Shown in pieces: positions 1 to 11,196 of a stretch of DNA of 64,000 nt. The translations under genes were made by a program, and so were the position numbers. The DNA is from an uncultured Spirochaetota bacterium. Its GTDB lineage: Bacteria > Spirochaetota > Spirochaetia > SZUA-6 > Fen-1364. The stretch lies in NCBI GenBank assembly GCA_963745235.1, contig CAVUXE010000037.1:64001-128000 (forward strand). The letters run 5' to 3'. How positions within the stretch are numbered: position 1 is the stretch's first letter; each line of letters opens with the position of its first letter. A model generated the notes under the pieces. The model was not told the origin of the DNA. It ran no database searches and worked only from the letters and a program-made list of their open reading frames with translations.

Positions 1-1
1 T

Positions 2-958
2 GCAGTTCCCGAGCGAAGAATCACCAACAATGAGCTTGCCACAACGCTCGACACATCGGATGAATGGATCAGGTCACACACGGGTATCGGGTCCCGCCAC
101 ATTGCAGAGCCCTCTCTCGTCACGTCGGACCTGGCCTTTGAAGCATGCCAGAAGGTCCTGAAAAGGGCCGGAGTAGCCGCGGCAGAGATAGATCTCGTGC
201 TTGTGGCCACGATTTCCGGTGACTTTCTCGGGTTTCCTTCGGTATCCTGCATCGTCCAGGATCGCCTCGGCGCAGTGTCAGCCGCCGCCATGGACATTGG
301 CGCGGGATGCACGGGCTTCATTTATGGGCTGGAGACCGCGCGCAGCTTCATCCTGGCGGGGAGCGCAAAGAAAGTCCTGGTTGTCGGCGTTGAGATGCTG
401 AGCAGGATCATCGACTGGAAAGACAGGAATACGTGCGTGCTCTTCGGTGACGGAGCGGGCGCGGCCCTTGTCACGGCGGAGAACGGGGACGGAAATCGAG
501 GCATCCTGTCCTCCGTGCTGCGCTCGGACGGTTCCGGCGCCCAGCTCCTGGATCGGCCTGCCGGCGGATCACGCCTGCCCATCACGGATGAGGCATTCGA
601 TCCAGCGGCCTCCTTCCTGCACATGGATGGACGGCAGGTCTACAACTTCGCGGTGAAGGTTGTCTCCGAGGGGATCGTTGACCTGATGGAAAGGAACAAA
701 GTCTGCCTGAACGATGTGGCATGGATCGTGCCCCACCAGGCGAATGTCCGCATCATTGAGGCGGCAAGCAAGCGTTCCAAGATCCCGCTGTCGAAGTTTT
801 TCGTCAATATCGAGGAGTACGCCAATACCTCGGCGGCCTCCATCCCCATTGCCCTCTCCGAGATGCAGGCCAAGGGCCTGGTGAAGCAGGGGGACCTGCT
901 CGTCACCTTCGGCTTCGGCGCCGGTCTTACCTACGGCGGGAACTTGATCAGGTGGTAG
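2..958 (+). CDS. fabH: beta-ketoacyl-ACP synthase III, 5'-truncated by the window edge
   Basis: Open frame from base 2 (DTSDEWIRSHTGI). Catalytic motifs AGCTGF, PHQAN, ANTSAAS; C-terminal GFGAGLT. Confidence 0.95.
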   Translation, partial: AVPERRITNNELATTLDTSDEWIRSHTGIGSRHIAEPSLVTSDLAFEACQKVLKRAGVAAAEIDLVLVATISGDFLGFPSVSCIVQDRLGAVSAAAMDIGAGCTGFIYGLETARSFILAGSAKKVLVVGVEMLSRIIDWKDRNTCVLFGDGAGAALVTAENGDGNRGILSSVLRSDGSGAQLLDRPAGGSRLPITDEAFDPAASFLHMDGRQVYNFAVKVVSEGIVDLMERNKVCLNDVAWIVPHQANVRIIEAASKRSKIPLSKFFVNIEEYANTSAASIPIALSEMQAKGLVKQGDLLVTFGFGAGLTYGGNLIRW

Positions 959-985
959 CCCAGGCCCGCCCGGCGGGTCCTGGCT

Positions 986-1318
986 TCAGCTTTCCTTCCC
1001 GACACCGATCACCGCGTCAATGGGGAGCACAAACGCGATGCCCTTCCCCTCCTGGTGCGAGCAGCCCAGGATCTTGTCCAGGACCTCCAGGCTTTCGCGG
1101 GCCTGGGCTTCCCCGATCACCGAAAAGATGATGTTGTTCCGCGGCCTCGCGGAGCGGAAGAGGTTGCGCATGCCGGCGAACAGCGGGACGTCTTCGATGA
1201 TGTGGCCCATGCCGATGGAATCCACCACGGTGGCGCCCGTAATCCCCGTCTCGATGAGCCCTTCCAGGACCTGCTCCAGCATCTCGGTGGCGTTGAGCAC
1301 AATGACGAGGAGCTTCAT
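986..1318 (-). CDS. PII-like signal transduction protein (non-GlnB/GlnK type)
   Basis: 110 aa; GITGATVVDSIGMG and GKGIAFVLPID match the PII fold pattern; no T-loop Tyr; start overlaps the EIIA stop. Confidence 0.75.
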   Translation of the reverse strand: MKLLVIVLNATEMLEQVLEGLIETGITGATVVDSIGMGHIIEDVPLFAGMRNLFRSARPRNNIIFSVIGEAQARESLEVLDKILGCSHQEGKGIAFVLPIDAVIGVGKES

Positions 1319-1785
1319 CAGATCTTCGCCTCCTCTTCGGTGAACACCCTGACCATGTCCTGGACAGACCCCGCGGAGACGATCTTCTCGATGAACGCCG
1401 TGCTCTTGATGAGCCGGGCGATGCGCGCCAGCGCCTTCAGGTGAAGGCTGTGCTCCTGGCGGTTGCCCATGAGGAGAAAGACCACCTGCGTGGGCTTGCC
1501 GTCGAAGGAGTCGAACTCCAGGCCGCCCGGGGCGCGCCCGACAATGATGACCAGGTCCGGGATCTCATCCGTAAAGCAGTGCGGTATGGCGATCCTGTTT
1601 CCCACGGCCGTGGTCTGGATGTTCTCCCGCTCCATGAGCTTCGAGAAGACCTGGTCCTCATCCTTGATCAGGCCCTTGACCGCGGCTTCGTGGACGATTC
1701 TGCGCAGCGCCTCCTCACGGGAGGTGTCCGTGAGATCATGAAGGAAGCACTCGGGACGAATATAGCGGGTGAGCTTCATCGCCAT
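1318..1785 (-). CDS. PTS EIIA component, Fru/Ntr (PtsN-like) family
   Basis: LMERENIQTTAVGNRIAIPH phospho-His motif, FDSFDGKP and HLKALARIARL. Confidence 0.9.
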   Translation of the reverse strand: MAMKLTRYIRPECFLHDLTDTSREEALRRIVHEAAVKGLIKDEDQVFSKLMERENIQTTAVGNRIAIPHCFTDEIPDLVIIVGRAPGGLEFDSFDGKPTQVVFLLMGNRQEHSLHLKALARIARLIKSTAFIEKIVSAGSVQDMVRVFTEEEAKI

Positions 1786-1817
1786 GTCTGGGAGTGAATA
1801 CCGGATGAAACCGACTG

Positions 1818-2903
1818 TCAACGCTGCCCGTGAGCTCCGCGGGCGTAGGCCTCCTGGACGAGCACGCAGTCAGCGAGAACCAGGGCCATCATGGCCTCCA
1901 GGACGGGAATTGCGCGGGGCACGATGCACGGGTCGTGCCGGCCTCCGATCTGGATGGTGGTGGGCGCGCCGCGCGCGTCGACCGCCTTCTGGGGAAGGGA
2001 AATGGAGGCAGGCGGACGGATGGCCGCCCGCACCACGATGTCCCCCCCGGTGGAGATCCCACCCGCTATCCCCCCGGCGTTGTTCGTTCGCGTGAGCATG
2101 CGGCCATCCCGCAGGTAGGGCTCGTCGTTGTACACTGACCCGCGCATGCGGGAGACTGCGAAGCCGGCGCCCACCTCCACGCCGCGCACTGCCCCGACGG
2201 ACATGAGCGCATGCGCCAGCAGGGCCTCGAGCTTGTCGAAGACGGGGTCCCCCAACCCGGGCGGACACCCGGTGGCAACCACCTCCGCAATCCCGCCCAC
2301 GGAGTCCCCGGCTGCCTTGGCCTCCTCTATCGCCTTTACCATCAGGAGCGCGGCTTCGCTGTCCGGGGCCCGCGCCGGGTTGCGCTCGATCTCCGCGGGG
2401 TCCACGCGGGTGGCCCGCACCCCGCCGATCTCCAGGCTGTAGCCCAGGATGGAGATCCCGCGGGTGGCAAGGACCTTCTTTGCGATGGCCCCCGCGGCGA
2501 CGCGGGCGGCGGTCTCTCTCCCGGAAGAGCGCCCTCCTCCCCGCCAGTCACGGACGCCGTACTTGGCCCGGTAGGTCTAGTCGGCGTGGCCAGGACGGAA
2601 AACGTCTTTCAGCTGCTCGTAGTCGGAGCTCTTCTTCTCCTCGTTCCTGATCAGGAGAGAAATCGGCGTGCCCATGGTGAGGCCTTCGAATACGCCGGAG
2701 AGGATCTCCACCCGGTCCTTCTCCGAGCGCGGCGTGGTGATGGCGCTCTGGCCCGGGCGGCGCCTGTTCAGCTCCGCCTGAATGTCTTCAGCCTCCAGCG
2801 CTATTCCCGCGGGAACGCCGTCCACGATGACCCCGATTGCCGGCCCGTGGCTTTCCCCGAACGTCGTGACTGAGAACAGGCGACCGAATGAGCTGCCCGG
2901 CAC
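1818..2903 (-). CDS. aroC: chorismate synthase interrupted by one in-frame TAG at 2577-2579
   Basis: One frame reads TFGESHG...RPGHAD*TYRAKYG...[18 protein letters not shown]...[11 protein letters not shown]...[11 protein letters not shown]. Confidence 0.93.
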
Positions 2904-3396
2904 GAATCCTCCCTGCCGCGGTAGAGAACCGCGGCGTTCTAACGGCGCGCGTGATGAGGTGCGTCTTGATGGCGTCCACCCACTGCTCGGGATACAGGAG
3001 CCTGATGGAAATGCCGTCCTCTTTGCCCGAGGTGTTGAGGAACCTCACCACGATGCGATGTCCCCGTGGACCTCTCTGCAGCTCCGAGACGCCGATCCAG
3101 GATATGGACGGGCCCGGCACGAACAGCTCCCGGTTTCCCACCCAGGAGTGGAAGTACAGACCCGTGGAGAGAAGCATGAGCACCCCGAGGCTGCCCAGGG
3201 GGGCGTGGCCGCTGCCGTTGCCATTGCTCGCCCCCACGCGCGCACCGGTGGCAAGCAGCATTGCCTCCCTGCCGAGCTCCGACTCGACGTGGCGGAGAAT
3301 GCGGCGCCGGACGAACAGGAACCCGCAGGCCAGGCCCACGATGGCAGTGCCGAAAAGAAGGCCGATCCACTCCAGCGCGGCGTAGAGGTTCTCCAT
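2788..3396 (-). CDS. hypothetical protein with an N-terminal membrane anchor; true 3' end probably near 2939
   Basis: One TM helix followed by a beta-rich domain. The ORF tail overlaps the aroC start, suggesting an indel near the end. Confidence 0.55.
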   Translation of the reverse strand: MENLYAALEWIGLLFGTAIVGLACGFLFVRRRILRHVESELGREAMLLATGARVGASNGNGSGHAPLGSLGVLMLLSTGLYFHSWVGNRELFVPGPSISWIGVSELQRGPRGHRIVVRFLNTSGKEDGISIRLLYPEQWVDAIKTHLITRAVRTPRFSTAAGRIRAGQLIRSPVLSHDVRGKPRAGNRGHRGRRSRGNSAGG

Positions 3397-3452
3397 GGTT
3401 CAAAGGACAAAGTACAGAAATCATTGTCGCTCATCAAGACGCGATGACGTTC

Positions 3453-3481
3453 TTGACGGCCGCGCTCCGTTCCCTCATGCT
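3453..3481 (+). promoter_or_regulatory. sigma70-type promoter TTGACG-17-CATGCT, 8 nt before the ATG at 3490
   Basis: Near-consensus hexamers with a 17-bp spacer. Confidence 0.5.
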
Positions 3482-3489
3482 TTGCCCGC

Positions 3490-4684
3490 ATGAAGCGGCT
3501 CGCGGCCTTTTTCTCTGCCCTGCTCATTCTCTCCTGCTCGCGTCCCGGCACCGGTGCGCAGATTTCCACCGTGGACCTCGTGCCCTCCCGGGAGCGGGTG
3601 TTCATGCGAAGCGACTCCGAGCAGGTTGTCACCAGCTGGCTTCCCCTCGGGCTGTCGTACCCTTCGGCCAGAAGCTCCATTCTCTACGGGCTTGTGATCA
3701 TGGAGGCGCCCCTTCTGGATGCGCAGCACAAGCCGACGGGTCAGGCCCTCCGGCGCGGGTCCCGCGTGACGGTGGTTGATTCCACGGAGTGGGAGTCCAT
3801 GGGCGCGGGAATACGGGAGATGGTATCGAGTCCACCCCGAGGGCTCCGGCGGGGACGGCTGGCTAGATTCGCGCAACGTCGCCCTCATCACGACGGCCAA
3901 GGGTGCGCTCAGCTGCGGATTCCTCGAAAGGAAGATCGGCATTGCCGGCGGTGATTCGGTCTACAACCTCCTCGTGCTCTGTGACGGCAGCGCCGTGTCC
4001 CTGGTGGACACCAGTGCCCTGGTATTCCCGGATTCCTTCCATCCCTCCGGAGTGACGGGCGTGGCCATTGAGGACGTGAACGGGGACGGAGTGCCTGAGG
4101 TGGTCGTCCAGGCCCAGACCATCGTCTCCCTCCAGTTCCTCGGCTCGTCGCCGCTCAGCTGGGAAGCGTGGCTGCGGGAAAAGGGCGGCTCCTGGGGGGC
4201 CATCTTCCGTTACAACGTGGGCTATGGCACCGACCAGGGCAACTCCTACGCGGCAACCCGGCGCGCCTTTTCCTCCTCCGGCGCCGGCTTCCTTGATACG
4301 GTGAAGGTGACAACGGACATCGTGGAGACAAGCGGCCAGGGGGAGTTCCGCACGACCATTCAGACTTTCTTCCGTTGGAACGGCTCCGTCTACAAGGAAG
4401 ACCCGCGGAGCGAGCTCCCCCAGTCAGGGACGGTTGCCGCGGCAACCGCGGAGCTGCGAGAGCTCCCCGCGGGTAATGGCAAATCCGTCGCGAGGCTGCA
4501 CAAGGGAGATGCCCTCTACGTATTCGATCGGGCGGATACAGAACAGAACGCAGGCGGGAAAACCGGATTCTGGCTCCATGCAACCAGCCGCTCGGGCAGG
4601 GACGGCTGGGTCCATTCATCCGCGGTGACGCTTTCGAAGATCGACCCGCTCAAGATCAACCGCCAGGTGTTCCTGGGCAAATGA
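3490..4684 (+). CDS. SH3-domain lipoprotein, frameshift near 3800
   Basis: Signal peptide MKRLAAFFSALLILSC; two SH3b-like segments (WYRV...DGWL; FWLHA...DGWVHSS); an EDVNGDGVPE Ca-binding-like loop. Confidence 0.7.
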
Positions 4685-5626
4685 TTCTGCTCCTGCTTCT
4701 CCTTGGCGGCCTTGCCCTGCCCGGCCCCTGGCGCCGTGGCCGAACCTTCATGGACGCCGACCCGCTATCCTCTCACCGTGACCGACGACAGCGGAACCGC
4801 GGTGACCCTGCCATCGCAGCCGCGGCGGATCATATCGCTCACCCTGCCCACGGATGAGATTCTTCTTTCCCTCGTGGACGCCTCCCGGATCCTGGCCGTG
4901 ACAACGCTCGCGGCGGACCCCGCAATTTCGAACGTTTCAGCGCAGGCGTCACGGATCCCGCGTGCCATGACTCTGAGCGTGGAGCCCATCATCGCCCTGC
5001 ACCCGGACCTCGTGTTCACCGCGAGCTGGAGCGATTCGGGAGCCGTCAGCCAGCTGCGGGAGGCGGGCGTCCCGGTGTACCTGATTGCCAGCGCGACCAC
5101 GGTGGCCGCCGTGGAACAGGTGGTCACGAAATGCGCTCTCCTGACCGGGGAACCGCGGAAGGGCGCGGCGCTCGTTGCGCACATGGAGGAAATCATAGCG
5201 GCGGTGGAAAAAAAAACCGCCTCCATCCCGAGGGAGAAACGCCTGAGCGTCCTGGACTACACCACTTTCGGGGCCTCGATGGGCCGGGGGAGCTCCTGGG
5301 ACGATATCGTCCGCCTTGCGGGACTTGTGAACGCGGCGGCCGCCATCGTCTCCGACGAATGGGGCCAGGTGCCCGTCTCCACGGAGAAGCTTTTGACAGT
5401 GGACCCTGATATCCTGATCCTTCCCGGCTGGGTCTATGGGGACCCTCATGGCGCCACTGCGTTTTTCAGCCGCGTCGTCACCGACCCTGCCCTGCGCGGG
5501 CTTTCCGCCGTGAAAGCCGGCAGGGTATACATGATGCCGGAAAGCCTGCGGGCGTGCACTTCCCAGTACATCGCGGATGCTGTACAGTGGCTTGCCCGCA
5601 CCGCTTACCCTGGGATGTTCCATTGA
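4681..5626 (+). CDS. btuF: cobalamin/iron-chelate ABC substrate-binding protein (BtuF-like); probable indel in the signal peptide
   Basis: YPLTVTDDSG...PRRIISL...DEILLSL, LHPDLV, AVKAGRVY; next to cob genes; ATGA overlap with the upstream gene. Confidence 0.75.
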
Positions 5627-5684
5627 CAACCGCCGGATCTTCTATTTCCCGCTTCCACGCCCGCCGCGCTCGAGACAGGCACCC

Positions 5685-6220
5685 ATGCTGATCCTGGTGA
5701 CCGGCGGGAGCCGGAGCGGCAAGTCGGGCTTTGCGCTGGAGACGGCAGGACGCTTCAAGCTCCCCGGGTTTTTCTTGCCACGGCTGAGCCGCACGACGAG
5801 GAAATGAGGCTTCGCATAGAAGCGCACCGCAAAGCCAGGCCCGCGGGCTGGTCCCTGGTGGAAGAGCCGCTCATGGTGGCGCAGGCGCTGCGAGCCGCTG
5901 GTCGCACGGCCGGCTCGGTGGTCGTGGACTGCGTCACCATCTGGATCTCGAATCTCCTTCTGGCTGATCCGGGCTTTGGCGAGACGGAAGCGGCGGCGCG
6001 TGCGCAGGCGCTGGCGGATGCGGCAGGGGAAACACCGGCGGGGGTGATCGTGGTCACGAACGAGGTGGGCAGCGGGATCGTCCCGGATAACGAGCTGGCA
6101 AGGCGCTTTCGCGACTGCGCGGGGAGGGCCAACCAGGTCCTTGCGCGCTCGGCAAGCGAGGTGCATTTCATGGTGAGTGGAATAGCCATGACAATACGGA
6201 AAGGACGGGAAGGGGCATGA
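5685..6220 (+). CDS. cobU: adenosylcobinamide kinase / cobinamide-phosphate guanylyltransferase, frameshift near 5775
   Basis: ILVTGGSRSGKS P-loop, EMRLRIEAH, VDCVTIWISN, VTNEVGSGIVP, RFRD.AGRANQ. Confidence 0.92.
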
Positions 6221-7283
6221 ACATGCAGGAGCTGACAGGGATACAGGTCCCGGTGATAGACGAGGCGGGGATGACCCGGGCCTCGGAGCGGATCGACCAT
6301 CTGCTCATGCCCCGGCACGCGCTGGGAAAGCTTCTCGATCTGGGCCGCAAGGTCGCGGGCATCACCGGCTACGACAGGATGGACCTCGGCCGCAAGATGG
6401 TCGTGGTCATGGCGGGGGACCACGGCGTCACGGAGGAAGGGGTGAGCGCGTATCCCTCCGAGGTGACGGCGCAGATGGTCCGCGGCTTTGCCGCGGGGGT
6501 CGCGGGGATCAACGTGCTGTGCAGGCACTCCCGGATCGACGTACGCGTCGTTGACATGGGCGTGAAGGGAGACCTCTCGGACCTCGTTGCAAAAGGCGTC
6601 CTGGTGGACGCGAAGGTCGGCCCCGGCACGCGCAACATGAGACGGGCAGCCGCCATGACGCGCACGGAAGCGATCTCCTGCATCGAGCGCGGGGCAGGCA
6701 TTGCGCGCGGGCTGGCGCAGGAAGGCGTGCGGATGCTCGGCACGGGAGACATGGGAATCGGCAACACCACGCCGTCCACGGCCATCGCCTCGGTGGCCAC
6801 GGGAGCCCCGGTGGCGGAGATTGCGGGCCGCGGGACCGGCGTGGATGACGACGGCCTGAAGCGCAAGATCAGGGTGATCGAGGACAGCATATCGCTCGAA
6901 CCGGCCGTCGCGCTCGGACCCCATCGGGCTCCTGGCGGGAGTCGGGGGCTTCGAGATCGGCGGGATTGCGGGCCTGATCCTGGGAGCCGCGGAGAGCCGC
7001 ATCCCCGTCGGTGATCGACGGGGTGATCTCCACGGCGGGGGCAATGATCGCCTGGCTCCTGGAGCCGCGGATCGCGGACTTCATTTTCGCGGCGCACAGG
7101 TCCGTGGAAAAAGCCCAGTCCTCGATGCTCGCCCTCATGGGGCTGGAGCCCGTCCTGGACCTCGGCATGCGCCTCGGAGAAGGGACGGGATGCGCGCTCG
7201 CCATGCCGATCATCGAGGCCGGGGCCAAGGTCATTCGGCAGATGGCCACCTTCGAGGAAGCGGGCGTGAGCGGCGAGGCGTGA
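6217..7283 (+). CDS. cobT: nicotinate-nucleotide-dimethylbenzimidazole phosphoribosyltransferase, frameshifts near 6900 and 7010
   Basis: [51 protein letters not shown]. Confidence 0.92.
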
Positions 7284-7296
7284 GCCGGCAACCGTG

Positions 7297-8079
7297 ATGC
7301 GCGGTTTCTTTTCCGCGATGTCCTTCCTCACGGTGATCCCGTTTCCTCGTTCCGTGAAGGATGAGAACGGCGCGATGTTCGGGGGCTATCCCGCGGCGGG
7401 CCTGGTCATCGGCTGCATTCTTTCCCTGGTCTTCCTTGCCGCGCGTCTCCTGTTCTCCGACGCGCTCACGGCGGTGACGCTGGTGGCAGCCTCCCTGCTT
7501 CTCACCGGGGCGATTCACCTGGACGGGCTCGCGGATTGCGCGGATGCGTTCTACGGCCGGCGTGACAGGGCGGAGACGCTGCGCATTCTCAAGGATCCGA
7601 GGATCGGCACCATGGGAGGGGCGGCCATCGGTCTCTCCCTCCTGGGTCGATACGCAGCGCTCGTCTCGCTTCCCGCGACCGTGGTCCTCCTTGCCCTCCC
7701 CATCGTCTCTGCCTTTTCCCGGACCACCGTCCTCGCAGCCCTGCGGGTTCTCCCCTACGCTCGCGACAAGGGAGGGATCATCAGCGCGGGCCCTTCGGTT
7801 TCCGTCCGCCTCACCGTAGCCGCCGCCTGCGTTGTCCTTGCGGTGGGTGTTCTTCTGCCCATCCCCACCGCGGTCGCGCTGCTTGCCCTGGCGGCCTTCT
7901 GGAGGCTGTCATGGAAGCGGATCGGAGGCTGCACGGGTGACGTGCTGGGAGCATCCATCGAGATTGCGGAGATCGCTTTCCTGGCCGCCCTTGCAGCCAT
8001 GGCTCACGGCGGTGTCGGGCTGGGAGCCTTCTTTCCCCTCGCCCGCCTCATCCTCCCCGGCGCTCCGCTTGTGTCCTGA
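7297..8079 (+). CDS. cobS: adenosylcobinamide-GDP ribazoletransferase
   Basis: FLTVIP, TGAIHLDGLADCADA, LKDPRIGTMG, GGCTGDVLGA. Confidence 0.93.
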   Translation: MRGFFSAMSFLTVIPFPRSVKDENGAMFGGYPAAGLVIGCILSLVFLAARLLFSDALTAVTLVAASLLLTGAIHLDGLADCADAFYGRRDRAETLRILKDPRIGTMGGAAIGLSLLGRYAALVSLPATVVLLALPIVSAFSRTTVLAALRVLPYARDKGGIISAGPSVSVRLTVAAACVVLAVGVLLPIPTAVALLALAAFWRLSWKRIGGCTGDVLGASIEIAEIAFLAALAAMAHGGVGLGAFFPLARLILPGAPLVS

Positions 8080-9278
8080 GCGGGGAACGGAAGGCAAGAA
8101 AAAGAAAAGCGAGCGCTGCCAGCAGGCTCACCCCGGCGGACGCCAGGAAGCCGGCCCCGATGGCGGTGGCCGTGATGATCACCCCGGCAATGAATGGCCC
8201 CGATGAGTGACCGATGTCCATGATGGAGCTGAGCGCTCCCAGGGATGCCCCAAGGCTGTCCTCTCGCGCAACGTCTGCGACATACGTGCTCGTTGCCACC
8301 GTGGAAACCGACATGGCAAGTCCGAACAGCACGGCGACGACCCCCACCGCAATGACTCCGTGGACCAGCGGCAGCACCGCAATGAACGCCGCGAGGAGAA
8401 GGATCCCGAAGAGGACCTGGACCCTGCGGTCCACGCGGTCGGCAAGCCTCCCGAAGAGCGGCTTGGTGAGCGCAATGGACAGGACCTGGACGGAGAACAC
8501 CAGCCCGATCTGGTAGGCCGGAACGCCCTGGCCCGAGAGGTAGATCGGGAGATACGTCTCGATCACGCCGTAGCAGAAGTAGGTGGCCATCTCCACGAGG
8601 GACGTGCCCAGGAGCCTCCCGTTATGGACAAACTCCGCCAGGCTCCTGCCGAAATCCGCCATCGTCACTTTCTTCACCTTCCCGCTGTCCGCGGCGGGGT
8701 TTGCGCCCGCGTCGTCGCGCTTCAGGACGAGGGCCAGGATGAGCACCGGGACGCACAGCAGAAAGGCCGCGCCGTAGACGGAGCGGAAGTCCAGGAGAGA
8801 GATGATGGCGCCGCCCAGCAGCGGGGCGAGGGTGCGCCCGATAAGCGTGGCGGAAGAATACAGCCCGAGCTTCTCCCCCTTGGTGTCGGGATATGCGCTC
8901 ACGATGACCGCCGAGGCCACGGGACCAAGGATGGCGGTGGCGATGCCGTGGAAAAACCTGATGGGGATCAGCCAGAACGGGTTGTGCACCAGGAGGTAGA
9001 GAGGAGGGGCCAGGAGGAAGACACATGCGGCAACCACCAGCAGGCGCTTCTTCCCCAGCCTGTCGGCAAGCAGGCCCACGGGAAAGCTGAAGAGGATCCC
9101 CGCCAGGGGGGAGATGGCGGCGATGAGCCCGATCACGGTGTCGCTGCCCGGAGAGGGACTTCACGAAGAGAGGGAGCACGGGGCTCTTGGACATCGTGGT
9201 GGAGAAGATCCCGAAGAAACCGATCAGCGAAACGGCAAGGATCCCCGACCCGCCCCGGTCCCGCGCCGCGTCCGCCAC
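8048..9278 (-). CDS. MFS transporter, frameshift near 9150
   Basis: Motif A in both halves (GLLADRLGKK, GRLADRVDRR); about 12 TM segments. Confidence 0.88.
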
Positions 9279-9282
9279 CGCC

Positions 9283-10799
9283 TCAGCCCTTGGGAAAGAC
9301 GACGGTGAAGGTGGAGCCGGCGTCCGGCTTCGACTGCACGGTGATGCGGCCGTTGTACTCTCCCAGCACGCGCTTCACCGTGGCCAGGCCAAGACCGGTC
9401 CCCGCGATGCCGGACGTCTTGTGGCTCTTCACCCGGTAGAACTCCTGGAAAATGCTGGCGAGCTCCGCCTCGCTCATGCCGATGCCGGTGTCGCTGACGG
9501 CGACCTCCCAGGCGTCGCCTGCATCCGCAATCCGCACCGTGAGGCTGCCCCTCTCCCTGTTGTACTTGATCCCGTTGGAGATGAGGTTCATGAAGATCCG
9601 GTCCAGGTCCCCGCGGTCCGCCTTCACGGGGTAGCCGGCAAGCGGGGCATCCAGGCTCGCGCGGATATGGCGCTTGTCCGCCTGGACCTTGAAGAACTCC
9701 AGCTGGGAGGAGATGACGGCCTTCAGGTCCAGGTCCTCGATGGAGCGCTCCACCTTGCCCACCTCGCGGCTGTTGATGTACAGCAGGTCCCGCACGAGGT
9801 CCAGGAGCGCTTCGCCGCGCACCTTGCAGCGCTCCAGCATCTCCCGGACCTTCGCCGGGTTGTCGTCGAACATCCCCGTGAGGATCACGTTGATGTAGTT
9901 GATGATGGCCGAGAGCGGGCTCTTCAGCTCGTGGGCCACCATGGAGACGAAGCGGTTCTTGTCCTGCTCCGCCTTCCAGCTCTCCGTCACGTCGGTGAGG
10001 ATGACGATGGCCCCCCCGCGCTCCCCGTCCCGCATGAGGGGGGACATGCTCACGGAAAGCATCCCTTCCCAGGCGCCGGTGCGCTGGATGCGGAGGCGCC
10101 GCCCTCTCCCATGGCGTGCTGCAGGACGCGCGTCTCGGGCCTGCCCCCCACGGAGTCCACCACCGCCTCGATGGCGGCCTGGATCTCCAGGTCGGGGAAA
10201 AGGTCCGGCAGCGTGATGCCGTCTCGGAAGTGGGTGCCGAGGAAATGCTCCGCCCGGGGATTCATCAGGACGGGTTCCCTGCGGATGTTGAGGACCACCA
10301 CTCCCTCATGCATGGAGGAGATCATCTGGTGGGACAGGTTGCGCTCGCCGGCAAGCTCCGAGAGGTACTTCTCCCGCTCCCGGATGAGCCGCCACTGCTG
10401 GGCCGCGCGGTTGGCCACCTGCACGAGGTCATCCGGGGTGAACGGCTTGACCAGGAAATCGAATGCGCCGTGCTGGGTCACCTCCACCGCCGCCTCCACG
10501 GTGGCAAGGGCGGAGACGATGACGACCACGGTGCGCCCGGCGAACCTGCGCGTGATGTGCTCCGTGACCTTGAAGCCGTCGATGCCGGGCATCTTCAGGT
10601 CCACGAGGGCAACGTCCGACGGCTCCTCCTCCAGGAGCCGCAGGGCCGTTTCCCCGTCCCGCGCCGTTCGAACGGAAAAGCCGCGGCGCTCCAGGACCCG
10701 CCGCATTCCCTCCCGCATGCCTTCCTCGTCGTCGATGACGAGCACGTGGATGTTTTCCTGAGGTGTCTGCAGTGATGCGGCGGGCCGCGTTTCAGGCAT
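9283..10799 (-). CDS. hybrid sensor kinase REC-PAS-HisKA-HATPase, frameshift near 10060-10100
   Basis: VLVIDDE, DLKMPG, FLVKPF; MHEGVVVLN...MNPRAE (PAS-like); AHELKSPL; NLISNGIKY, DTGIGM, GTGLGL. Confidence 0.88.
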
Positions 10800-11196
10800 T
10801 CTGCTTGCTGCCGGAGAGGTACTGCTCGATCTTGCCCACCAGGTGCTCCAGCGGCACCGGCTTGGTGAGCACCTCGTCCACCTTCATCCACTCGCGACCC
10901 GGAGCTCCGCCGGCCTCGAAGGTGAAGCCGACCTTGCGCGGGGCGGCGGTCTGCATGAGGATGGGGACCTTCCCGAGACCGGGGAGCTCCCGCACCTTCT
11001 TGCAGAACACGAAGCCCGAATCGTAGTGCTCCATCATGAGGTCTGCGATAATCATGTCAGGGGCGGTTGCCTTTGCCTTCTCCAGGCCCTCCTCGACGGT
11101 CAGGGCCGTCTCGATGACGTATCCGTTCTTCTCCAGGAACGCTTTCTGTCCCTCGAGGAGATCTGTGTCATCGTCAACGATCAGTATCCGCGCCAC
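10792..11196 (-). CDS. single-domain response regulator (receiver only)
   Basis: ILIVDDD, ADLMME, LMQTA, LTKPV; no output domain. Confidence 0.9.
   Translation of the reverse strand: MARILIVDDDTDLLEGQKAFLEKNGYVIETALTVEEGLEKAKATAPDMIIADLMMEHYDSGFVFCKKVRELPGLGKVPILMQTAAPRKVGFTFEAGGAPGREWMKVDEVLTKPVPLEHLVGKIEQYLSGSKQNA

Noticed and set aside
2577-2579. Genome-wide TAG reassignment
   Set aside because: TAG ends fabH, kdpF, kdpA, kdpC, kdpE, hydA and the PP2C gene at the expected positions.
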